The notes under the pieces are model-generated. The model had not been told where the DNA came from and did no database searches. It was given only the letters and a program-made list of their open reading frames with translations. This document shows, piece by piece, positions 36,881 through 46,032 of a stretch of 54,410 nucleotides of DNA. The stretch's first letter is position 1, and each line of letters opens with the position of its first letter. The position numbers and the translations under genes are program-made. This DNA is from a virus (taxonomy: Duplodnaviria; Caudoviricetes), in the IMG/VR virus record IMGVR_UViG_3300005602_000004, positions 1-54,410 of that record. The stretch is one strand, 5' to 3'.

Positions 36881-37474
36881 ATGGAAATCAGTAGAAGGAG
36901 TTTCGGGAAAATGGCAATAGTTCTAGCCGCAGGAATTCCCACTTTTATGACGGGTTGCGGAATCTTCTCCGATATTCTCGCTTGGACGAACGTAGCCGGA
37001 GTCGCCTTCGATGGAATCGTGAGGGCGCTTGGTGCTTTCCTGCCTCCAGGTGGTCTTGTTGCCATCAATGCGATCAAAATATTTCTACAGGACCTTGCCG
37101 GGGCTGTCACCGAATATCAGAATGACACGAATCCTGCGGATAAGGCAACATTGCTCGAAAAGATTCGGACGCTTCTCGGGGATATTGCGGCGAATTTCCA
37201 AACTTTCCTGTCACAACTGAATCTCGGGAATAATCCCATCGTGGCAGTCGTGCTTGGCCTCGCGCAGGTGATTCTGGCGGCGATTGGCGGATTCCTTGGG
37301 CAGCTTCCAGCGCCCACGACGCCTATTGTACAGGCGAAGATTGCTGCGGTCTCCGTTCCCGGCTATCCGCCATTGACGGTTACACCGAAATACTACAAAC
37401 GCGTCCAAGATTTCAAATCCGACTACAACGCTGTATGCATTTCTTATGGGCACACGGAATGGGAGATTCGATAA
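36881..37474 (+). CDS. putative Tat lipoprotein
   Basis: SRRSFGK twin-arginine motif, h-region and lipobox-like MTGC; SD GGAGG. Confidence 0.7.
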   Translation: MEISRRSFGKMAIVLAAGIPTFMTGCGIFSDILAWTNVAGVAFDGIVRALGAFLPPGGLVAINAIKIFLQDLAGAVTEYQNDTNPADKATLLEKIRTLLGDIAANFQTFLSQLNLGNNPIVAVVLGLAQVILAAIGGFLGQLPAPTTPIVQAKIAAVSVPGYPPLTVTPKYYKRVQDFKSDYNAVCISYGHTEWEIR

Positions 37475-37574
37475 ACTGTGCTCGGGGAGTAAATAACGTA
37501 ATCGGAGCAAAAAACTAAAGGACTATTGCCGAGCAGCTTTATTTTTTACCAAAATTAAGTATAAAGGAGGCCGA

Positions 37575-37946
37575 ATGGACCCCACAGCATCAGTCCTGTT
37601 CTCGCATTTCACCTCGGCTGCTCTTGTCGTGTGGATGATCCAAGTATTGAAGAAAGCGTCGTGGTTCCCTTGGCTACAAATGGAGAGCCAAGCGGAAATG
37701 AAGCGATTCGTCAGCCTCGTGGGAGCGCTTGCTGCTCATACCGGGATCAATTATGTTTGGCACGCCAACGCATCTGTTCAGGGCGGCTATCAACTTATGG
37801 TGACAATTCCGCCATTACATCTGATCGCGCAATTTGTTTGGCGCTGGATCGGGCAGTACATCATGCAGGAGGGTTGGTACAAGCTAATTTATGATCGGCT
37901 ATCAGTTCCAGGAGTTCAAAGTCCCCTACCGGCCCCAAAACCATGA
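37575..37946 (+). CDS. putative holin
   Basis: 2-3 hydrophobic segments; IQVLKKA.WFPW; upstream of the endolysin. Confidence 0.6.
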   Translation: MDPTASVLFSHFTSAALVVWMIQVLKKASWFPWLQMESQAEMKRFVSLVGALAAHTGINYVWHANASVQGGYQLMVTIPPLHLIAQFVWRWIGQYIMQEGWYKLIYDRLSVPGVQSPLPAPKP

Positions 37947-38173
37947 CAGCGGCGCTTGACCGAAAATACCGTACGGTCCTGGACGAAGCGCACATCCAGC
38001 TTCTCTCGCTCGTCGTTTCGGCAATGCGAAAAAGTAAGGGAGAGGAAGCCCATTCGAACGACGTACACGATTGCCGGGATGTGCTCTTTGCTTTGACGAT
38101 TTCGGGGTACGCGGTAATCCCGCAAGGAGCCATCGACAGTCTGAAGGAAATTTTCGTCAACGGGGATATCTGA
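37943..38173 (+). CDS. hypothetical protein
   Basis: overlaps both neighbours. Confidence 0.55.
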   Translation: MTAALDRKYRTVLDEAHIQLLSLVVSAMRKSKGEEAHSNDVHDCRDVLFALTISGYAVIPQGAIDSLKEIFVNGDI

Positions 38174-38832
38174 TGGACTGGTGGGATGAATTTAAGCACA
38201 AACTTGATCGACTAGAGAGGGAATTTGCAGAAATTAGAATCCTTCTCAGCCGGATTGAGAAACTATTACTTCAGTCGTTTCCCAACTGCGGGAAAGCGGT
38301 TTCTGCGGTAATGGTTTTCATTAATGCCAGAGGAGAATCGCAGAAAATGGATATAACAGTCAATCTAACAGATGCACCCTTACAGGCATCACAAGTTGAA
38401 TTCAGCGGTCCAAACGGAACGGGAACCATCATTCCTGCCATTGGGCCAACGACCTATACTAGCTCGGACCCTACTATTTGTACAGTAGACCCGAACACCG
38501 GAAATCTAACCTACGTCACTGTCGGCGTAGTCACAATCAGCGGCAATAACGCTGGAAATAGTTTGAAATCCAGCGGAACCGTAACCATCGTGAGTATCGT
38601 CACAGCGCAGTCTGCTGTGATGGACTTTATTGCTCAGGGTGGAACGCTTACCGAAGCTCAGATGGCTACCTTGCTATCTGCGAATGCGGCTCCGGCACTC
38701 ACTCCGGCACAAATCGCGGCGCTGTTTCCTGTCGGCGGGCCGACAGCGGTCACTGTTGCTGTGGCGACGGCGACGCTCATAGCTGCCAATCTACCGTTGA
38801 CGGCGGCGCAGATTGCCGCTCTGAACTCGTAG
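38173..38832 (+). CDS. Ig-like (Big_2-type) domain protein; possible internal start at 38347
   Basis: YTSSDPTICTVDPNTG.LT....G.VTI motif; second SD AGGAG before MDITVNL. Confidence 0.7.
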   Translation: MDWWDEFKHKLDRLEREFAEIRILLSRIEKLLLQSFPNCGKAVSAVMVFINARGESQKMDITVNLTDAPLQASQVEFSGPNGTGTIIPAIGPTTYTSSDPTICTVDPNTGNLTYVTVGVVTISGNNAGNSLKSSGTVTIVSIVTAQSAVMDFIAQGGTLTEAQMATLLSANAAPALTPAQIAALFPVGGPTAVTVAVATATLIAANLPLTAAQIAALNS

Positions 38833-38841
38833 AGAGGCTAG

Positions 38842-38867
38842 AGTGGGGGTGAGCGCTCACCTCCGCT
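38842..38867 (+). terminator. hairpin between the Ig-domain gene and the endolysin
   Basis: AGTGGGGGTGAG/CTCACCTCCGCT followed by an AT-rich tail. Confidence 0.45.
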
Positions 38868-38875
38868 TAAATTTT

Positions 38876-39382
38876 ATGGACAATATTTCCGATGCTCGAC
38901 TCGCTGGTGTCCACCCACGACTTGCTTCACGTGTGCGCTCGATGGCTGAACAGCTTGCGACTGAAAACATTACCATTAAGGTCGTGCAAGGGTTTCGGAC
39001 ATGGCCGGAACAGGCCGTCCTATATAACAGAGGACGAGATGCTAATGGAAATGTTGTGGATAAGTCGAAAGTGGTGACGAATGCAAAGGCCGGAACAAGT
39101 TGGCACAACTTTGGACTCGCTGTTGACGTGGCTCCATTCGATGGAGGTGTACCCGACTGGAATGCGTCTCACCCAGCTTGGAAGCGGATCGTGGCTGTTG
39201 GAGAGAGCGTCGGCCTCATTTCCGGTTCCACTTGGCGTACCTTCCCCGACTGGCCCCACTTTCAGATGACTGGGCGCTATCCCGAATCACCGGACGATGC
39301 GGTGCGTTTCGTTTTCGAAACAGGCGGAATTGATGCGGTTTGGAACGACTCGGGACTTGATGAAACTTCCATCAGTGCCTAA
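38876..39382 (+). CDS. endolysin, M15-family L-Ala-D-Glu peptidase
   Basis: G.RT..EQ..LY..GR, VTNAKAG.SWHNFGLAVD and DWPHFQ motifs. Confidence 0.92.
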   Translation: MDNISDARLAGVHPRLASRVRSMAEQLATENITIKVVQGFRTWPEQAVLYNRGRDANGNVVDKSKVVTNAKAGTSWHNFGLAVDVAPFDGGVPDWNASHPAWKRIVAVGESVGLISGSTWRTFPDWPHFQMTGRYPESPDDAVRFVFETGGIDAVWNDSGLDETSISA

Positions 39383-40052
39383 ATTCATTCCCTTCATCCT
39401 CCTCAGTACTCTTGCGTGTGGTGCTCAGGAGCGTCCCTCTATCCTTATCGGTGCATCGGGCGGCGAGAGCTTCGGCAACTTGTCTCTCGGGCTAACGGTG
39501 GAGGTGGAAGCGCCCATCGCTCACTACTTCGAGCTAGACCTACGTGACACGTTCGATCCACTTGAGTCTCATATCTCTCTAGGCAGCGGTTACGATAATA
39601 TTGTGACCGTGGAGCCTGTGCTGTGGATCAAACACGGCTTCGGTCTCGACGGGCGAGTGGACTGGTCCCAGTACCACGTAACCAAGGTCTCGAAACATGG
39701 AACCTACGTCTATGGCGGTATATCTACCCGTGGAGTGTGGCTCGATGCTCCGGTGCGCGTGATGCTCGATTACTTCCGCGAGGTAAATAACGGCATCTAC
39801 GGGCATGGCATCGAAACGAGCCACTTACAGGGAGGATCGATGTACCTGGAAGCCCAGGTCGGCTGTTCGAAGCACGTCTGCTACTACACGACGCTGGAGA
39901 TGGCGGTGGGTGGATTACTCGAACAAGGCAACCCGCAATGCGATGGCAGCTTTAGCAGAGTAACGTGCCCACGCACACGCACCGTTAGCGGCAGTGGAAT
40001 TATGGGAGTTCTGATTGAGTTTTTTAGAAGTTCAGTAGGACGCGGACTTTGA
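39360..40052 (+). CDS. putative outer-membrane beta-barrel protein
   Basis: signal-like N-terminus; many alternating amphipathic strands rich in G and Y. Confidence 0.5.
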   Translation: MKLPSVPKFIPFILLSTLACGAQERPSILIGASGGESFGNLSLGLTVEVEAPIAHYFELDLRDTFDPLESHISLGSGYDNIVTVEPVLWIKHGFGLDGRVDWSQYHVTKVSKHGTYVYGGISTRGVWLDAPVRVMLDYFREVNNGIYGHGIETSHLQGGSMYLEAQVGCSKHVCYYTTLEMAVGGLLEQGNPQCDGSFSRVTCPRTRTVSGSGIMGVLIEFFRSSVGRGL

Positions 40053-40083
40053 GCGCCATATCGTTCGGCAGGCGGTGCCGAGC

Positions 40084-40248
40084 CTACGGTACAATCCAAA
40101 TCGTGAATCTCGCTTCGCATACGTCGCAGTGAAAGCTAAAAATGTGAGCATGTTGCGCTACTGCCGGAGTCTCTAGCTTTCCACCGCAGACGGGACAGTA
40201 ATCTGGCTCAAGGCGACGATCACCTTTCTTTGTCACCTCTTCGGCCAT
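40084..40248 (-). CDS. small Zn-ribbon protein (54 aa)
   Basis: YCPVCGG...FHCDVCE. Confidence 0.55.
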   Translation of the reverse strand: MAEEVTKKGDRRLEPDYCPVCGGKLETPAVAQHAHIFSFHCDVCEARFTIWIVP

Positions 40249-40250
40249 TT

Positions 40251-40448
40251 CTACCGTTCCCCCTCTGCGCCCTTCGCCGGACGCTCGCGTGATTTGGAGC
40301 TACTTGGCCGGAAAATGGTCAATGCGTTCTTGGAGCACGCCTTCATATTGAACCATGATGTCGAATTGACGACGCAGGCGGCCCTGCTCATCTGACGGCA
40401 GGCTGTAGAATGTTGACGAAGGCGGCCCGTACTTTTCAGGTCTGCCAT
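40251..40448 (-). CDS. hypothetical protein
   Basis: SD GGGAGG. Confidence 0.45.
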   Translation of the reverse strand: MADLKSTGRLRQHSTACRQMSRAACVVNSTSWFNMKACSKNALTIFRPSSSKSRERPAKGAEGER

Positions 40449-40595
40449 TTACCGCCTCCCTTTCGTTTTAACGCTTAAAATCTATCCCTTTCGACTAGCT
40501 TCTCGTATCGCTAGATATGCGGCCATAAAGAGAGCCATTACAAGCATGCCGAGCCAAAACGCTTCTTTAGTGCTCATTACGCTCCTTATCCGCCT

Positions 40596-40904
40596 TTATC
40601 GTTCGGCAGGCGGTGCCGACTCCCACCATTGCAGATCAATCCCACAAAATGGACAGAAATTCAACATCACGCCTTTATCTGAAGTCTTCGCGGTATCACA
40701 GTAGCGGACTCCAATCAGGCGACTTGTGCCGGTTTTTACATTTAGGCTCGTTATCGATGTGAACCCGCGCCGGGTATCATTATGGAAATATCGGCTAAGG
40801 GCATCGCAAAAAATAGGGCGTTCACATTGCACTTGAATGTCAGCAGCATTGAGAACAGCCAAATCATGGGCCTCTGGGTCATCATGAAATGTATGCGGCT
40901 TCAC
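40596..40904 (-). CDS. hypothetical protein with NFCPFCG motif
   Basis: C-terminal NFCPFCG motif common in phage proteins. Confidence 0.6.
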   Translation of the reverse strand: MKPHTFHDDPEAHDLAVLNAADIQVQCERPIFCDALSRYFHNDTRRGFTSITSLNVKTGTSRLIGVRYCDTAKTSDKGVMLNFCPFCGIDLQWWESAPPAER

Positions 40905-41096
40905 CGTCCGCCCTCGTCTCGCATGTAGTCTTCCATAACGCGGCGTGCTGTCCTCAACTCGGCGAGACTCATATAGCTGTCGGGTGTGGTCATTTGCCTC
41001 TCGGGAAAAGCCAACAAACTAGCGTAAGCAGCGCGTTCCAGATGTAACCAAAGATAATTGCATCCGCGAGTCGGGCTGGTGTTATAGGATCGGTGG

Positions 41097-41318
41097 TCAT
41101 GCTCGTTTCCCCTTGGGGCGACGCTTCGGGCGCGGGCCGATCTCTCGGGCGGTAAGATGCCGGACGTGTTTGTCTTTCATTTCCACACTCGTCAGTTGTG
41201 CGGTAAGCGCGGCCATGAAGCGGACGGCGTGAAAATGCCCGTGATGCACCTTACGAATCCAAAGCAGGTCTGCTCCGTATCTAACGAACTGTCCAACCTT
41301 AAACTTCGGCTTACTCAT
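41097..41318 (-). CDS. hypothetical protein
   Basis: KFKVGQFV N-terminal motif; SD GGAGG. Confidence 0.6.
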   Translation of the reverse strand: MSKPKFKVGQFVRYGADLLWIRKVHHGHFHAVRFMAALTAQLTSVEMKDKHVRHLTAREIGPRPKRRPKGKRA

Positions 41319-41408
41319 CTCCCCTCCAAAATCTCAATCCGCTGCTTCACTTTGTCGATCATGGTGCGGGTTGATAATCATTACGCCAAGAACTAGCGAC
41401 GTACACCT

Positions 41409-42017
41409 TCATGGCTCGACCTTCCTTCCGAGAGCGCGTAGAAGTTCAGTGTCGGCAATCTTGCCGCATTTCTCGCATCGAGAAACGCCAATTGGCTGCG
41501 CACCGTGATACGGATATTCACATTCGCACAGTAATTTACGCGCAGCCTCGATGCGGGCGTCTTGGGTAGCCAGGGCCTTGTGCCAGCCCCATGATGCAGC
41601 GGCTTTGGGAGTGCTGAATTCGTCGATGGGCGTGAGAACCGTTGACGCCTCTTTCCATGCCTCCTCAAACGTCTGCCCCGTCACCGTCACCGTGAATGAT
41701 GGCCCTGCCGAGGATGGCATGCCCGTCCATGTGGTCACCGGCTTGGGCGCGGGTTCGGCGTCTCGGGCGGCAATCATCTCGGCAACTCTAGAAAGAACAC
41801 CTTCTGGCGTATCGTAATAGACTCCGGCAATCTCTTCCGCAAACTCCCTCGGCGTGCTGGTCTTGCCTGCTACCTCGGCGGCGCGTGATTCGGCGAGGAG
41901 TTCGGCGATCTTATTCGCAGCATCTCTTCTAGCCGCGTTGTTTGTAGAGTAATGGGTCGGTGCATAGAGCAACTCGACGATGCGCTCGGCGAGCTGGTCT
42001 CTCTCAGTTGGTTCCAT
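41409..42017 (-). CDS. hypothetical mosaic protein
   Basis: SD AGGAGG; Ala/Glu-rich; C-terminal CEC...CEKC. Confidence 0.65.
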   Translation of the reverse strand: MEPTERDQLAERIVELLYAPTHYSTNNAARRDAANKIAELLAESRAAEVAGKTSTPREFAEEIAGVYYDTPEGVLSRVAEMIAARDAEPAPKPVTTWTGMPSSAGPSFTVTVTGQTFEEAWKEASTVLTPIDEFSTPKAAASWGWHKALATQDARIEAARKLLCECEYPYHGAQPIGVSRCEKCGKIADTELLRALGRKVEP

Positions 42018-42030
42018 TTGTCGAAACCTC

Positions 42031-42411
42031 CTATACTGCCCACACGGATATGACCGTTCTCGGATTGTCGATATCCCGAGTCTTACTCATTCGAAGCTCG
42101 GTTACTTTTGCATCCGAGTCGATGATGGCCGAATAGACCAGGGAATCTAGCATTACCTTGGCGAAGTTATCCAAATCACCCTTCTGCTTCCTTCCGAGAA
42201 AGATCGAGATTCCGACTCCATAATGCTTCCATCGGATCGTCAGTTTCTTCGAATTGGCAATATGAAATACCAAGTCTTTGAATCGATTCGCTTCCTCGGT
42301 GACGTAGTGTCGGCCCATCTTCGTATGCCGGACGTAGGCATTCCCCGAGGGTGGTACTGCCGGAACCGAAAAGCTGATGCCCGCAGGCTTAGAAATGCGC
42401 CGGTTCTCCAT
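42031..42411 (-). CDS. rusA: RusA-like Holliday junction resolvase
   Basis: PPSGN, DLDN..K..LD and I.SD..V motifs. Confidence 0.85.
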   Translation of the reverse strand: MENRRISKPAGISFSVPAVPPSGNAYVRHTKMGRHYVTEEANRFKDLVFHIANSKKLTIRWKHYGVGISIFLGRKQKGDLDNFAKVMLDSLVYSAIIDSDAKVTELRMSKTRDIDNPRTVISVWAV

Positions 42412-42730
42412 GATTGTCCAGTAAAACGTGGTGTCGCCAACATCGGCAGAATACCTGCTCCAAAACGTCCGAGCCTTCCGATTTACTCATAGCCGGGAAG
42501 TGGCTCATTTGCAAAGGCCCATCACACGCCACATCACTTTTGCTAGAATCGACACAACGCCCACGGTCACGTTCGAAACAGCGTTCTCGAAGGTTCGATT
42601 TGTCCTTGCCGAACAGGACGATCCGAGAGGTTCCGTCCATCCTTCGGAGTACAACGCTTCGAGGGTCAGTGAATCGTCCTGATTGTCGGTATTCACGGGT
42701 CAATGTCCTATCTAGGCTGCCGAATCTCAC
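42389..42730 (-). CDS. degenerate HNH-like nuclease
   Basis: ERDRGRC...C...SH....S.GSD....C.C..HH. Confidence 0.55.
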   Translation of the reverse strand: MRFGSLDRTLTREYRQSGRFTDPRSVVLRRMDGTSRIVLFGKDKSNLRERCFERDRGRCVDSSKSDVACDGPLQMSHFPAMSKSEGSDVLEQVFCRCWRHHVLLDNHGEPAHF

Positions 42731-42996
42731 GGAGTCTTCCCGTTCGATAGCCGCTCGAAGATTCGGTCCATGTCGGGATTCATCGATAGCAGCATTTCGT
42801 CGTACCGATAGGACTGCAATAGCACGGTCAACTCTTCGACATTCTTGAGCGCCGCATCTAGTTGAGCCTCGACATGTCGGCGCTGCGCTTGGAAGGCTTC
42901 AAAATACGGTCTCCTGCTCGGCTTTGCCATCTGTTCGAGCTTCGCTGCTACTTCCTTCACAATGGGAGGGGTGGGCGGCTTTTTTCCTGTGAACAT
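42727..42996 (-). CDS. hypothetical coiled-coil protein
   Basis: tightly packed in the operon. Confidence 0.6.
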   Translation of the reverse strand: MFTGKKPPTPPIVKEVAAKLEQMAKPSRRPYFEAFQAQRRHVEAQLDAALKNVEELTVLLQSYRYDEMLLSMNPDMDRIFERLSNGKTP

Positions 42997-42999
42997 TTT

Positions 43000-43290
43000 T
43001 CATACCCTCAATACATCATCGCTTTCCGTTCGTTCGAGTAGCAAAAGCAGGCATTCCCACACCTGGACCCGTGGTCCGACCGCTTGCGCAAACTTCGAAT
43101 CCGCACTAAAACTCTCCGGACTTACTCCATTCGCTAGAGCAAGTCTTTTGAATTGAACGATTAGGCGGATGTAGATTGGTTCTGGCAATTCTTGGTGGAG
43201 AGTTTTCCAAGTATCCGCCTCTTCTTTTGAACCGCCAGTTTGCACGTTCGACATATCCTTCCTTTTCCGTTGCATCGTTGATTGGGTCAT
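43000..43290 (-). CDS. hypothetical protein
   Basis: SD AAGGAG before MTQST. Confidence 0.55.
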   Translation of the reverse strand: MTQSTMQRKRKDMSNVQTGGSKEEADTWKTLHQELPEPIYIRLIVQFKRLALANGVSPESFSADSKFAQAVGPRVQVWECLLLLLERTESDDVLRV

Positions 43291-43292
43291 TT

Positions 43293-43466
43293 CTACTCCT
43301 TCACCTCTCGAAACTGCGAGCACGGACAATACTTAACCCTAGCTGTATCAACGATAACGAGACAATCTTTTTGCTTGTGATGTTTGGTTTTTGGATGGCC
43401 GCACTTGCACATTTGCTTGGCGTTTCGATAATCCGGTGTTTTAGTTGGGCATGAGTCGGTTGTCAA
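43293..43466 (-). CDS. small Cys/His metal-binding protein (57 aa)
   Basis: CKCGH...H...C...CPC.QF; TTG start. Confidence 0.5.
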   Translation of the reverse strand: MTTDSCPTKTPDYRNAKQMCKCGHPKTKHHKQKDCLVIVDTARVKYCPCSQFREVKE

Positions 43467-43874
43467 GGCTTTTCTCCGACCACAGTAATTTGCATCTCGG
43501 ACAGGTGAATGGTGCCCAAGCTGCGATCATTTGACACCCACAGAAACACCGCCGCTCGATTTTCCGAGGATGTACCGCCTTCTGAGAATTTCGACCAGTT
43601 CCGGAAGTGACGTGCTTGCGGTCGATTCGGACCGCACCTTTGCGATTGTGTGACCTTTTCCGCATCGTTTCGACCTCCGACAGCCACAGTTACAGTCATT
43701 CATGGTTCAATCCCTAACTTGGGCAAATCCACCATCGGGAGTGCGTCCGCTGTACCGTTTCCCTTTTTTGGCATTCTTTTCAATACATTCTGGACATTCG
43801 ACCCAAGCGCGGACGATAGTTCCCTCGGGCACTTCCGTTGACACAGATTTACCACACTCCATGCACCAGATTCC

Positions 43875-44441
43875 TCATAGGGATTTCCTCGCGGCCAGTT
43901 TTGATACTTCGGCCATCAATTCGCGGTCGGCGCACATTGGCCCTGCTCCAACGTAGAGTTCCCTGGCAACCTCAGCTTCGACCTGTAAGCGCTTTTGCTT
44001 TGCTTCGATTTGCCGAATTTGCTCAGGTGAGTGGGAGCCGAGCCGGGGTTGCTCGGGTTTTGATTGCTTTAAGGACGGTTGCTTTAAGGACGGTTCGGGG
44101 GCAATGGGTTGCCCCCCCTGATGTCGCATTTTGCCCCCCTCTTGACGGATTTTGCCCCCGGCAAACTTTGCCCCCCTGTGGAAATATGCAAGACTGTAAA
44201 GGTTGGTTCCATGCGGACCCTTCCCGCGAGCACTTTTCAATTCGCCTGACTTCTCTAGTTTTCGTAGAGAGTATCGGACTTCGCGTTCACTCAAATGCGC
44301 TTCTCTAGCAATTGTGCGCAGACTAGGCCACGCGCCAGTGCCGTCATTTTTGGCGTGGTTAGCAATCGAAAGGAGAACGAGGCGAGCGCCGAGAGTGGAT
44401 TGTGATTGTTCTAAGACCCACGAAATTGCTTGGACTGACGT
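43875..44441 (-). CDS. HTH replication initiator, probable ACG start
   Basis: SVQAISWV...RLVLLSIANHA...AWPS..TIA.EA.LSER.V...L..LE..G is a typical phage initiator wHTH; internal iterons. Confidence 0.8.
   Translation of the reverse strand, partial: TSVQAISWVLEQSQSTLGARLVLLSIANHAKNDGTGAWPSLRTIAREAHLSEREVRYSLRKLEKSGELKSARGKGPHGTNLYSLAYFHRGAKFAGGKIRQEGGKMRHQGGQPIAPEPSLKQPSLKQSKPEQPRLGSHSPEQIRQIEAKQKRLQVEAEVARELYVGAGPMCADRELMAEVSKLAARKSL
44064..44177. repeat. putative replication origin: iterons inside the initiator gene
   Basis: TTGCCCCC at 44109, 44131, 44152 and 44168, inverted copy at 44097; 15-bp tandem GCTTTAAGGACGGTT. Confidence 0.7.
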
Positions 44442-44554
44442 GGCAGCCCCCTCGAAAGGCCAACGGGGGCGGTGTTCGAGGCACCGCCCCGGATCAGCTT
44501 CGGCATAAGAACCTGACGGTCCCACGCCAACTCGTTACATCAAATTCAAGGCGC

Positions 44555-44582
44555 ATTCTATTCATTCCGGAACGGGTGTCAA
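44555..44582 (-). promoter_or_regulatory. sigma70-type promoter upstream of the initiator gene
   Basis: TTGACA-N16-TAGAAT. Confidence 0.65.
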
Positions 44583-44774
44583 GTGTTTTTTTGCACCCAA
44601 AATGGATTCGAGGTCCTGAGCATGAATTTTGGCGAACGGCTCAATACTAAGGCCACGACTAATCAATAGCCAATGTTCCGGCAATCGGAAAAGTTGCTGC
44701 ATCTTCTCCTGAATCTCGGGCGGAGCCTGCTGGTCGGACATCCATTCTCGAAGCGTCTTTGGTTTAGTCATCAT
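44562..44774 (-). CDS. hypothetical protein
   Basis: 70-aa ORF in operon orientation. Confidence 0.5.
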   Translation of the reverse strand: MMTKPKTLREWMSDQQAPPEIQEKMQQLFRLPEHWLLISRGLSIEPFAKIHAQDLESILGAKKHLTPVPE

Positions 44775-44903
44775 AGTCCTAGCTCAATTCTGAGCGAGTT
44801 TTCTTCGCTCGGCTTGCTTTTGTCGCCGGAACTGGCCTTTCGCCTTTCTTCGGAGGGTGAGGTCCAGTTCCGGCGTTTGCGCGGGGAAGGCAGTTGCGCA
44901 AAA

Positions 44904-45197
44904 TCATCGATTCTCGAATGTGTATCCCCCGCCACGTCGAGATTCGACCCAATTCAGTGCCCAAAATAGCCGATTTTCCGACATCGCATCGATCAAAGCT
45001 TCATTCCCGGACCAGCCGCCTGTCGAAATTCGAATCCAGCGCCGTCCGGGACGCCAAAGATTCGGCCAGCGCCATGCCTTTTGGACGAATTTCATAAGCG
45101 CCGTTCGCCCTTCCGCCTTCGAGCAGTCCCAAACCTTGATCGCTCGAAGCGTAGCCCTTGTCGGGTAGCCGTCTTTGTCGAATTCAGGTTCGGTCAT
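44904..45197 (-). CDS. conserved phage hypothetical protein
   Basis: DGYPT, STGGWSGNE.LI.AM and SRRGG.Y.F motifs. Confidence 0.75.
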   Translation of the reverse strand: MTEPEFDKDGYPTRATLRAIKVWDCSKAEGRTALMKFVQKAWRWPNLWRPGRRWIRISTGGWSGNEALIDAMSENRLFWALNWVESRRGGGYTFENR

Positions 45198-46032
45198 CAG
45201 CGAATGTCACCGTATAACCATGTTTTTTTGCAATATCTTGCAGTTCAAAAGCTAACGCTGCTTTGATGTAGTGAACTTTGTCGGCCTCATCTAACTTTAT
45301 ATCGAGAGCCTTGCGGGAACCGTCCGAAAGTGCAGCCCGGAAGACAGAGACACCAATGCCCTGTAATGCCAAATTCCCATTTTTCCACCGGACAAGCGTG
45401 ATGCTCTTTAGTTCGGCGTCTTCGCGTTCCTGATACCGTTGCTCGGCCTCAACTTGGGCAATGACGTTCGCTTCCTCGACGGGGGTCGGATCGAACCCGG
45501 CGAGTTTGATAATCCAGCCGTAGGTCAGACGATAGGCTTTACTCGCTGCCCGTGTAATCGCCATCGACCGCACGGCATACTCGTCAGCTTTTTCCCACTG
45601 GCCTTGGCGGGTACAGATCGAACTGGCAGCACCTACAATAGCCTTGTCACGCATCCTAACTAGCTGAATCTTAGCCTCATATCCTTGCGGAATCTCTTTG
45701 ACGTACTCTTCGACCGGCACGACACCCATCATGCCGCCAATGATCGACCAACCCTCGAACCAGACGTATTTCTTGCCCTTAATGACAGTGTAGAGCTTCT
45801 GGGCGGTGACAATTTCGGCCAGAGCATTGGCAATATCGACAGCCTCTTTGATGGCAGCCTTCGGGTCGTGACCACCAAGCCGACCGAGGAAGTAATTCGG
45901 TTGCGCTTCCCTTGATGGCTCGATAACGATTTCCTTTGGCGCTTCGGCATTCGGCTCAGGATTGCCCTTTGCTGGCGTTTCTAGGCTCGTAGGCGCGTTT
46001 TTGGGCTGGTCCTCGGCATTTGGGTCATTCAT
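45184..46032 (-). CDS. single-strand annealing protein (recombinase-like)
   Basis: I.GKKYV..EGW, SMAITRA.SKAYR and G...TP.EE motifs; SD GAGGAGG. Confidence 0.7.
   Translation of the reverse strand: MNDPNAEDQPKNAPTSLETPAKGNPEPNAEAPKEIVIEPSREAQPNYFLGRLGGHDPKAAIKEAVDIANALAEIVTAQKLYTVIKGKKYVWFEGWSIIGGMMGVVPVEEYVKEIPQGYEAKIQLVRMRDKAIVGAASSICTRQGQWEKADEYAVRSMAITRAASKAYRLTYGWIIKLAGFDPTPVEEANVIAQVEAEQRYQEREDAELKSITLVRWKNGNLALQGIGVSVFRAALSDGSRKALDIKLDEADKVHYIKAALAFELQDIAKKHGYTVTFADDRT

Larger units (their letters stand above)
40059..40619. repeat. 23-bp direct repeat pair at 40059-40081 and 40597-40619
   Basis: TATCGTTCGGCAGGCGGTGCCGA occurs twice. Confidence 0.9.

Noticed and set aside
37476-37550. 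Riboswitch upstream of the holin
   Set aside because: Only a TGCTCGG/CCGAGCA stem with a T-rich tail and no aptamer consensus; more likely a terminator.
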